From assembly GCA_001789965.1 (NCBI GenBank), contig MGBA01000021.1, positions 28,507 through 92,506 on the forward strand: a stretch of DNA of 64,000 bases, written 5' to 3'. The position numbers and the translations under genes were made by a program. Within the stretch, counting starts at the first letter, position 1. Each line of letters starts with the position of its first letter. Positions 17,953 through 25,562 of the stretch are shown in pieces. This DNA is from Candidatus Roizmanbacteria bacterium RIFCSPLOWO2_02_FULL_40_13 (lineage in GTDB: Bacteria > Patescibacteriota > Microgenomatia > UBA1406 > GWC2-37-13). The notes below the pieces were generated by a model, which saw only the letters and a list, made by a program, of their open reading frames with translations, was not told the origin of the DNA and made no database searches.

Positions 17953-18546
17953 ATGAAAGACAAGGATGGAAATGAATTATCAGCTGGAGAGGCAGCCGGG
18001 AAAGTAGGAAACCGCGTCGTAAATACCGGACTTGAAGCGGGTGTTTTCTTTCTTCATCTTGCAGGATATATACCTTCTCACAATATTCGCAAGCTTATTT
18101 ATCGTCTCGGAGGAGTAAAAATAGGCAAAGGTTCAACCATTCACATGGGCGCCGTATTCTACGATCCAAAAGGTATTGAAATAGGGGAGGATACGATAGT
18201 TGGTGAGAAATCAGTACTGGACGGAAGAACCAATTTAAGGATCGGAAATCATGTTGATATTGCATCTGAAGTAATGATTTACACATCGCAGCACAATGTG
18301 CACGATCCAAAATTCACTGCAGAGAGTAAGCCGGTTACTATCGGAGACTACGTTTTCATAGGTCCCCGCGCAATTATTATTCCAGGAGTAAGGATTGGCA
18401 AAGGAGCTGTTGTGGCCGCAGGAGCTGTAGTTACTAATGACGTTCCCGAATACGCGATAGTCGGTGGAGTACCTGCGAAACAGATAGGGGAGCGAAAAGC
18501 AAAAGACTTAAATTACCGCCTTGGCCGCCCAAGACTATTCAGATAG
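17953..18546 (+). CDS. Hexapeptide-repeat (left-handed beta-helix) O-acetyltransferase
   Basis: 197-aa ORF with tandem [LIV]-G-x4 repeats ([54 protein letters not shown]). Confidence 0.82.
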   Translation: MKDKDGNELSAGEAAGKVGNRVVNTGLEAGVFFLHLAGYIPSHNIRKLIYRLGGVKIGKGSTIHMGAVFYDPKGIEIGEDTIVGEKSVLDGRTNLRIGNHVDIASEVMIYTSQHNVHDPKFTAESKPVTIGDYVFIGPRAIIIPGVRIGKGAVVAAGAVVTNDVPEYAIVGGVPAKQIGERKAKDLNYRLGRPRLFR

Positions 18547-19662
18547 AGGATATTCATTAGGGATCTGACGCACAGCTCTCTCAACAATATCCAGATCAAA
18601 TCTAGCATCATCAAGCGTTCCAAATCCCATATGTCCAAATCTAAAAATCTCGCTCACTAACGCTCCTTGGCCTCCGGCAAGCTCTACTCCATACTGAAGT
18701 GCGAGGTTTACCACGTCTTGCGGATTTGCATGCAGTACGGCTGTAATTGTATCCGATGCGCATCTTTCGTCAGCCGCATATAATTCGAGGCCCATTTCCT
18801 TAAACCTTTTTCGCACATAGTTTCCAACTTCCTCATGTCTTCTTAAAAAATTTTCGTAACCTTCTTCTAAAATAAGCTCAATTGCGGTATCAAGCGCTCT
18901 AATCTCTTGAACTGCAGGAGTCCATGGGGTCTCATTCTTTCCATCCAGAAATTCTTTTGCATGGTAAAAGTCAAAATAAAATTTAGGAGAAGTAGAACGA
19001 GTCTGAAGCGCGAGTTCGCTGACGCTAACGATAGCTAACGCGGGAGCAACGCCCCATCCTTTTTGAGATCCGGAAATGTTTATATCAATTTCCCATTCAT
19101 CAGTTTTTGTTTCAATTGATGGAATGCTACTAATAGAATCTACTATAAGTAGAGTCTCAGGATCCATTTTTTTTACAAGTTTTGCTATTCCTTCCATGTC
19201 ATTTGTGACGCCAGTTGAGGTTTCGTTATGAGTAACGAGAACCGCATCAAAATATCTTTCTCCCTCGTCGTTTTCGGCGATCTCATTAAATGCATTTTCG
19301 ATACGATCAAGACTCGCAGCCCTTCCAGGAAGTTCTCGAAGGACTACTGTTTTGACTCCAAATGCATTGGCTATTTTTTCGAAACGGGTACCAAAATCAC
19401 CTATGTTTATAACTAACGCTTGACTACCTGGTCCTAATGTATTTGCGATTGCTGCTTCCATTCCGGCAGTCCCTGACCCAGTTAAAATAAAAACATCATT
19501 TTGTGTTTGAAAAAACATTTTTAATCTTTCTGTAACTCTTGGAAGAAGATCATGAAACTCTACTCCACGATGATTTATCATCTGTTCTCCCATTGTTTGC
19601 CGAACAGGATCTGGTAGCGGAGTTGGACCTGGAATCCTTAATGAACGATTTCTTTCTGGCAT
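18535..19662 (-). CDS. Class V PLP-dependent aminotransferase (serine/alanine-glyoxylate or phosphoserine aminotransferase type)
   Basis: 375-aa [12 protein letters not shown]-terminus, [17 protein letters not shown] and the PLP-lysine motif SGSQKGWG. Confidence 0.85.
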   Translation of the reverse strand: MPERNRSLRIPGPTPLPDPVRQTMGEQMINHRGVEFHDLLPRVTERLKMFFQTQNDVFILTGSGTAGMEAAIANTLGPGSQALVINIGDFGTRFEKIANAFGVKTVVLRELPGRAASLDRIENAFNEIAENDEGERYFDAVLVTHNETSTGVTNDMEGIAKLVKKMDPETLLIVDSISSIPSIETKTDEWEIDINISGSQKGWGVAPALAIVSVSELALQTRSTSPKFYFDFYHAKEFLDGKNETPWTPAVQEIRALDTAIELILEEGYENFLRRHEEVGNYVRKRFKEMGLELYAADERCASDTITAVLHANPQDVVNLALQYGVELAGGQGALVSEIFRFGHMGFGTLDDARFDLDIVERAVRQIPNEYPLSE

Positions 19663-19694
19663 ATTCGTTGCCTATTGTAACAAATTTTAGAGGG

Positions 19695-21107
19695 TTAGTC
19701 TGAGGTGCCGACGAGATATACTGCCTGCCACGGTCGAAAGTTTGAGAAGAATGTTTTTTCAAAGTTAACATCGCCGGAGCCGGTTACTTTATAAGAAAAA
19801 TTTGCCTTACCACCCCACGCTGCAAAATCCACCTGTTTGGTTACTCCTTTTTTAAGAGTCGGATCATCCTGATATTTTGGATCAGGAGGAGGGGAGACAT
19901 CTGTCAGAGTTCCCGGTGATATGTATATCTGTCTTCCATCCTTTTTTCCATAAAATCTAAAATAGACATTGCCTGTCCCATGATCAACCTCTGTCTGAAT
20001 CAATAAATATCCAGGCGTGTTGTTTTTTATTTTCAGATCAACTGTTGGTCCATAAACAGTTGCGTCAAAACCAGGCTTAGAGTCGTTTTCATAATATCCC
20101 ACCCTATATGCATGAGCCGTCCTCTCGATTATCGGGAGCCCTGCCTGAAGAGCTGCGCGGAAAAGTGTAGTAGAGACCTGACATACGCCTCCTCCATCAC
20201 CTAAAACAGTTTTTCCTCCCTTGATTATGTACGCAGGTTTATAGCCTGTGGTTGAAGAAATATCTCCGACAATATCATTAAACGAAACAACTCCGTCCTT
20301 GGGCACAAGTATTCCGTTAAATCTTGAAGTTGCGAGTGTTAAGTTATGAACGCGCTCCGGAATAGAACCGGCATAATTCGATTTTCCTTCAGAGACCAAT
20401 TCTTCAATTCCGAATTGATTTGATTTGGCGAGTGTTATCTGAGGTTTGATAATTTGATCCGCAAGAACAACGGTTTCATTCTTCGGATTTTTCTTCCAGA
20501 AAATGATTTTATTTTCCATGTCAGAAATTAATTTTTCAGAATTAATTTTTGCCCCCTCTTCTTCTATCCTAAAATTAACTACCCTGTCATTTTCAAACTT
20601 AAAGAGTGCGTCTTTTGCCGGTTTGTTATATTTATCTTCCTGCAACGAAATAAAGTCGGAAAGAGAATTTTTGTCATACGTAAGCTGGGTCGCAAAATCA
20701 AAACGGTCACGATTAAATAATGTTTTTAATTTTTGAGAAACTCGAGAAGGAAGATGGCTTACTCGACCAATAAGATATGCACGTTCTACAACATCATCAA
20801 CATTTCTGTGTACTCCCATTTGTTTGCCCGAAACTGTGGCAATCGGAGTGTCCTTATAAAGAACGGTAATGGTGAGATTGTCCAAATCTCCTGCCCGTTT
20901 CGAAAAAAGCATCGCTGCCTCTTTTTTCGTCTTTCGACCGACAGAAACATGATCAATGTAAACGTTAGGGTAGATGTGATTCTGAAGACGTTTTTCCTCC
21001 CGGATGATGTAGCCCGTAATCGAGACACCGATTACCAAGAGGAGCGCTATAAGAAAGATTAAACTATACAAAACAACAACCTCTTTCGTTCTTGTTTTTG
21101 GTATCAT
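19695..21107 (-). CDS. VanW-family membrane-anchored protein
   Basis: VanW core GGGVCQVSTTLFRAALQAGLPIIERTAHAYRVGYY behind an N-terminal TM segment. I prefer the ATG at 21107; the track start at 21149 is a TTG. Confidence 0.85.
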   Translation of the reverse strand: MIPKTRTKEVVVLYSLIFLIALLLVIGVSITGYIIREEKRLQNHIYPNVYIDHVSVGRKTKKEAAMLFSKRAGDLDNLTITVLYKDTPIATVSGKQMGVHRNVDDVVERAYLIGRVSHLPSRVSQKLKTLFNRDRFDFATQLTYDKNSLSDFISLQEDKYNKPAKDALFKFENDRVVNFRIEEEGAKINSEKLISDMENKIIFWKKNPKNETVVLADQIIKPQITLAKSNQFGIEELVSEGKSNYAGSIPERVHNLTLATSRFNGILVPKDGVVSFNDIVGDISSTTGYKPAYIIKGGKTVLGDGGGVCQVSTTLFRAALQAGLPIIERTAHAYRVGYYENDSKPGFDATVYGPTVDLKIKNNTPGYLLIQTEVDHGTGNVYFRFYGKKDGRQIYISPGTLTDVSPPPDPKYQDDPTLKKGVTKQVDFAAWGGKANFSYKVTGSGDVNFEKTFFSNFRPWQAVYLVGTSD

Positions 21108-21113
21108 AAACGT

Positions 21114-22688
21114 ATGGATGATGATAAAACAAACTTGAACGAAAATCAATCAAAACGCCAAGAAGAAGAGAAGAACGATAAGGGGCCGACTCCCATTTTC
21201 CAAGCGGTTCCCGAGGAACATTCAAATCCACTGCCAGAGTCTCTGGATCAAAAAGAAGAGGAGCATTATAACCCTCTGCCGGAAGGTCCGGAGTTACAGC
21301 CAGAAGAGATATCTCCTGAACTGACTGCACCCCCAAACTTACAGCCTCCTGACGAACCGCCTCCACCTGATTCTTCAGAGCCAAGTTCTTTTGAACAAAA
21401 TCGTTCAAAATACCTGATTATAGGAGCCGCAGCTGTTTTCTTTGTCTTCATCCTTATTCTCATATTGCGTCTTGTTTTCGGAGGAGGAAAAAAGGAAGTA
21501 ATATCGCTTACATACTGGGGACTATGGGATGATGCTGAAGTCATGCAGCCCCTCATAGATCAGTATCAAAAAAGTCATGAAAACGTAAAAATTCAATATC
21601 AAAAAATGACCCCTGACGACTACAAAGACAAACTCCTTGCTAGAAGTAAAAACAGCCAGGGACCGGATATTTTCCGCTTTCACAATACATGGGTACCTGA
21701 GATAAAGGAGGTCCTCACGGCGATGCCTGAATCGGTTATGAGCAATGGTGAATATGAGAGGACTTTTTACAAGATTCACCAAAAAGATTTGAAGGTCGAC
21801 GAGCGTTATTATGGGATACCGCTTATGGTTGATGGATTGGTTCTGGTTTACAACGAAAATCTCTTTAAAAAAGCAGGAATAACCAATGCGCCGACCAGTT
21901 GGGAAGACATTTTGGACTATGTAGGTAAATTAACGGTAAAGACAAAGGACAATCAGATCGTTACATCCGGAATAGCCTTAGGAACGACAAACAACATCGA
22001 GCACTTTTCCGATGTTTTCGGACTATTTCTCGCCCAAAACGGTGGAAACATAAAAAATCTTGACAGCGGTGAGGCTGTCGGGGCGCTTCAAAGTTATAGA
22101 AAGTTTGCAGAGCCTCCTGATAGCTTTTGGGATGAGAATATGCCTAATTCGACATCCGCTTTCGTACAGGAAAAGGTCGCAATGATCATTGTTCCTTCTT
22201 GGGAAATACTAACGATTCAAAAAGCAAATCCTGATCTGGCATTAAAAACCGTACCCGTACCTCTCTTGCCAGGTTCAAAACCGGTATCCATAGCTACCTA
22301 TTGGGTAGAAGGCGTCTCCAAGTTCAGTACTCATCAGACAGAATCATGGGAGTTTCTCCGTTTTCTTTCAGAACGAGACCAGATGGCTAAGTTATACGAA
22401 CTACAGGCAAAAACGCGAAGATTCGGCGCACCGTATTCTCGGGTTGATTTAGCTTCAACTTTATCCCAAAATGAATATATAGGAGCCGTTATAAAGCAGG
22501 CAGAAGCAGATTCGTACGTTTCGATGCCGGTAATTGCAAGAACGTATGACAATGGGCTCAATGATGACATCATCAAGTATATTGAAAATGCAATTAACGC
22601 GGCGTCGCAAGGTGTATCCTACCAAGAGGCCATGTCGACCGCAAAGCAGGGCGTTGATCAAGTTTTCTCCCGCTATCAAATCGAGTAG
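21114..22688 (+). CDS. TM-anchored ABC-type extracellular solute-binding protein (family 1, sugar type) with an acidic/Pro-rich N-terminal tail
   Basis: 524-aa ORF. Residues ~1-105 are low complexity with a repeated EEH-x-NPLPE. A TM segment (YLIIGAAAVFFVFILILILRLVF) follows, then an SBP fold (ISLTYWGLWDD, GPDIFRFHNTWVPE, YGIPLMVDGLVLVYN). Confidence 0.8.
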   Translation: MDDDKTNLNENQSKRQEEEKNDKGPTPIFQAVPEEHSNPLPESLDQKEEEHYNPLPEGPELQPEEISPELTAPPNLQPPDEPPPPDSSEPSSFEQNRSKYLIIGAAAVFFVFILILILRLVFGGGKKEVISLTYWGLWDDAEVMQPLIDQYQKSHENVKIQYQKMTPDDYKDKLLARSKNSQGPDIFRFHNTWVPEIKEVLTAMPESVMSNGEYERTFYKIHQKDLKVDERYYGIPLMVDGLVLVYNENLFKKAGITNAPTSWEDILDYVGKLTVKTKDNQIVTSGIALGTTNNIEHFSDVFGLFLAQNGGNIKNLDSGEAVGALQSYRKFAEPPDSFWDENMPNSTSAFVQEKVAMIIVPSWEILTIQKANPDLALKTVPVPLLPGSKPVSIATYWVEGVSKFSTHQTESWEFLRFLSERDQMAKLYELQAKTRRFGAPYSRVDLASTLSQNEYIGAVIKQAEADSYVSMPVIARTYDNGLNDDIIKYIENAINAASQGVSYQEAMSTAKQGVDQVFSRYQIE

Positions 22689-22697
22689 AGATTTATC

Positions 22698-24776
22698 ATG
22701 AAATTTTCTTTAGACTTTTTAAAAAAGCAGCCTTCTGACGAGAGCTATCTCGGATTATTCTTAAAAGAAAAAAAAGGAGAGGTTATTTTTCTTGAAAAAA
22801 AGGGAAATAGACTAGACGTAATTACTAAAGAGCATTTTTCATATACGAACGGATGGGATAACATCGTCGAAGATGTTGATGATGTTTTATACAAGCTTGA
22901 GACCCACACTAAAAAATCTCCGGAGAAAGCGATTTTTTTTATTTACTCTCATCTCGTGGACGAATCGTCACGTGAAATAAAAGGACCGTTTCTTCACAAA
23001 ATAAAGGATCTGTCTAAAAAGCTCGAACTTAAACCGATGGGATACATTGAAAGTCATGAAGGAGTTGCGGGAATTCTGCAAGACAGGGAAGGAGTTGGGT
23101 TGACCGCTACATTGATTGAGCTCGACAGTTCATTTCTTTCTGTTTTTATCTACAAGAGCGGAAAAGTAATTTTTAAAGAGACCGTGCAGAGAACCCATGA
23201 GATCATTGATGATCTTATTCCGGTGTTTGAAAAAGTAAAACATATCGCAATGATGCCTACAAGAGTGATTCTGTATGACTCCCATAATACGAGCATGGAA
23301 GCTGAGAAAATACTCAGCCACCGATGGAGCGCAGAACTCTTCGTACAGCTCCCCAAAGTAGAGGTGGTGTCAGAGCAAGACATACTTGAAGGTCTTATAA
23401 ATCTTTTTTCGACTCAGGTTGCGCCTAGTGCAAAAGCAGAAACTTCTATCCCGGAAAAAAAAGAGACGCTTGGTTTTGTGATCGGTGGAGACGTTGGACC
23501 TAAAAAAGAAGTGGAGAAGGAACCAGAGCAGGAAGAGTTTGCAAACGAGCTTGAGTCAAAGCCAAATCCCTTCCAAGGCGTCCTCGCATCAATAATTGTT
23601 TTTTCAAAGAAAATAGCAAATGAAATAAAAAGCAAAAGCGGACGTTTAAAAACCGTACCGATTCCGGTGCTTGCCATAATTGGCGTTTGTTTGATTGCCC
23701 TCGCAGTGTTTTTGATGGAGTTTTATTTTCATAAGGCAGAGTTGACCATTTTTTTTCCAGCCAAAAAAATCGAAAAGTCTTTGACGCTTACCGGATCTAC
23801 CTCAAAAGAAGCGCAAGTTCTCGCATTAAATTCCGCAACTACTGCGACTCAGTTTACCGACTCTAAAAATGCAACAGGCAAAAAAGAGATCGGGGAAAAA
23901 GCAAAGGGAACCGTTACGATCTATAACAGTAGTCTTACGGAAGGAAAAAGTTTTTCTAAGGGGACTACGCTTACCTCTCCGAATTCAATAGAGTTAGTAT
24001 TAAATTCTGACGTGAAAGTCGCCTCAGCTTCAGGCGACGCCGCATCTGTGAAGCCAAGCACTACAAAGGTTGAGGTAACCGCGGCTGCAATCGGTCCAGA
24101 GGGCAATTTGGCATCTGATACTAAGTTTAGTGTTGAGGGAGAGTCGGCAGTGGTTATTGCAAAAAACGATTCAGCTCTTACCGGAGGAGTAAAGCGCTCG
24201 GTTCAAACCATTGCAAAACAAGACATAGACGACCTGAGAAAAAGAGCAATGGATAAAGCGAAAGACTTTAACAATAAAGAGGTCGAGTCAAAACTACAGG
24301 ACGATGTAAAAATTCTGAAAGACCTGAGTGAGATTCAGCTTAAAAATCCACAATTCTCTGGAGAGGTTGGAGAAGAAGCGGGTACTGTTTCCCTCAAGTC
24401 AAACATTACCATTACCTATTTCAGCTATAAACAAAATAACCTTCTCGATCTCATACAAGAAGACTTAAAAAAAGATATTAAAGCAGGAGAGGAAATACCA
24501 AAAGACTCACTTGAGTATTCAATTAAGAAAATTACAGAAAATAAAACCGATTACGACATTCTCGTAAGCGTTCAGGCAAAGGAGGTTAGGAAAATTGCCA
24601 AGGATGAGCTGGAAAATATAGCAACCGGTAAGAAAGACAAGGACATAGAAAAAATCCTTAAAGATAAATATGGAGCATCAGGACTTGAATTACAGGTGTC
24701 TGATCCATTACCATTATTTAAGAACAGGTTGCCGTTTTTCAAAAAAAATATTAACTTGAAAATTTCATATTTGTAA
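22698..24776 (+). CDS. Bitopic membrane protein: degenerate actin-like (FtsA/PilM-like) cytoplasmic domain, TM segment, Baseplate_J-like ectodomain. Function unknown.
   Basis: 692-aa ORF. The N-terminal ~245 aa show an ASKHA-like strand/helix pattern (YLGLFLKEKKGEV, LKPMGYIESHEGVAGIL, ATLIELDSSFLSVFIYKSGKV) without Gly-rich phosphate loops. TM segment is VPIPVLAIIGVCLIALAVFLMEFYF. The ectodomain motifs KAKGTVTIYNSS and VEVTAAAIGPEGN resemble Baseplate_J/gp47-family proteins from memory, with no search run. Confidence 0.45.
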   Translation: MKFSLDFLKKQPSDESYLGLFLKEKKGEVIFLEKKGNRLDVITKEHFSYTNGWDNIVEDVDDVLYKLETHTKKSPEKAIFFIYSHLVDESSREIKGPFLHKIKDLSKKLELKPMGYIESHEGVAGILQDREGVGLTATLIELDSSFLSVFIYKSGKVIFKETVQRTHEIIDDLIPVFEKVKHIAMMPTRVILYDSHNTSMEAEKILSHRWSAELFVQLPKVEVVSEQDILEGLINLFSTQVAPSAKAETSIPEKKETLGFVIGGDVGPKKEVEKEPEQEEFANELESKPNPFQGVLASIIVFSKKIANEIKSKSGRLKTVPIPVLAIIGVCLIALAVFLMEFYFHKAELTIFFPAKKIEKSLTLTGSTSKEAQVLALNSATTATQFTDSKNATGKKEIGEKAKGTVTIYNSSLTEGKSFSKGTTLTSPNSIELVLNSDVKVASASGDAASVKPSTTKVEVTAAAIGPEGNLASDTKFSVEGESAVVIAKNDSALTGGVKRSVQTIAKQDIDDLRKRAMDKAKDFNNKEVESKLQDDVKILKDLSEIQLKNPQFSGEVGEEAGTVSLKSNITITYFSYKQNNLLDLIQEDLKKDIKAGEEIPKDSLEYSIKKITENKTDYDILVSVQAKEVRKIAKDELENIATGKKDKDIEKILKDKYGASGLELQVSDPLPLFKNRLPFFKKNINLKISYL

Positions 24777-24777
24777 G

Positions 24778-25536
24778 ATGTCGTTATACGTATACGTCAG
24801 AGAGAAACAATCGGTTAAAAAAAAGGTAGTAAACTATGCTTCGTACGCGACTCTAACATTGGGATCGCTACTTCTGTTTTGGGCATTTTACCCCGTTATT
24901 TCGTTTGAGATCTATTCAAGACTGTTTATTCAGAGGCAGACCGCAACACCCGTACCTTCACCTCTTACCTCATCCCTCTCGATAGCAGACACCGTTATAG
25001 GCTCAAATAACGGCATTTTTTCCAATAATCTCCGGGATTTTACCCAGGCCAGCCTGTGGTTTCCTACATCGAAAAATCAGGCGCCTACGAGTACATTTAA
25101 GGCTAAAGAATACTCACTTTCTATCCCTAAGCTAAATATCGATAGAGCGCGGGTAATCGTGGGTGGAGAAGACCTCACAAAAGGTCTGGTACACTACCTT
25201 CCGGTAACACCTCCGGGGGAGCACGGAAACGTAGTTATTTTTGGTCATTCGACCTTACCCCAGCTTTATAATACAAAAGACTACAAGACTATTTTTACCT
25301 ATCTTCCTTCCTTGGAAAAAGGGGATAAGGTTCTGGTAAATAGCGATGGTGGAACTCTCGAATACCAAGTCTACGAGATGTTTGTCGTGAAACCGGATCA
25401 GATCTCTGTTTTGGAGCAAAAATTTGACGCATCCTACCTGACATTGGTAACCTGTGTTCCACCCGGGACTTACTGGAACAGACTCGTTGTGCGGGCGAAA
25501 TTATCTAAACTACCCGACCAGCTTTCATTGAAATAA
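24778..25536 (+). CDS. Sortase-family transpeptidase
   Basis: 252-aa ORF with an N-terminal TM segment and the catalytic triad context VIFGHS (His), LTLVTC (Cys) and NRLVVRA (Arg). Starts 1 nt after the preceding gene. Confidence 0.85.
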   Translation: MSLYVYVREKQSVKKKVVNYASYATLTLGSLLLFWAFYPVISFEIYSRLFIQRQTATPVPSPLTSSLSIADTVIGSNNGIFSNNLRDFTQASLWFPTSKNQAPTSTFKAKEYSLSIPKLNIDRARVIVGGEDLTKGLVHYLPVTPPGEHGNVVIFGHSTLPQLYNTKDYKTIFTYLPSLEKGDKVLVNSDGGTLEYQVYEMFVVKPDQISVLEQKFDASYLTLVTCVPPGTYWNRLVVRAKLSKLPDQLSLK

Positions 25537-25562
25537 CCTATAATATCTGCTAAAATTACGGG

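Noticed and set aside
21064-21408. 114-aa minus-strand ORF (and the 96-aa ORF at 21266-21556) over the 5' end of the solute-binding protein gene
   Set aside because: It is the antisense of the Pro/Glu-rich low-complexity tail. It has no independent support, and it conflicts with both the VanW-family start and the solute-binding protein ORF.
22698-24776. A Baseplate_J-like domain as evidence of a prophage or tailocin
   Set aside because: No tail, capsid, terminase, integrase or lysis genes are nearby. The domain is the ectodomain of a bitopic membrane protein embedded among housekeeping envelope genes.
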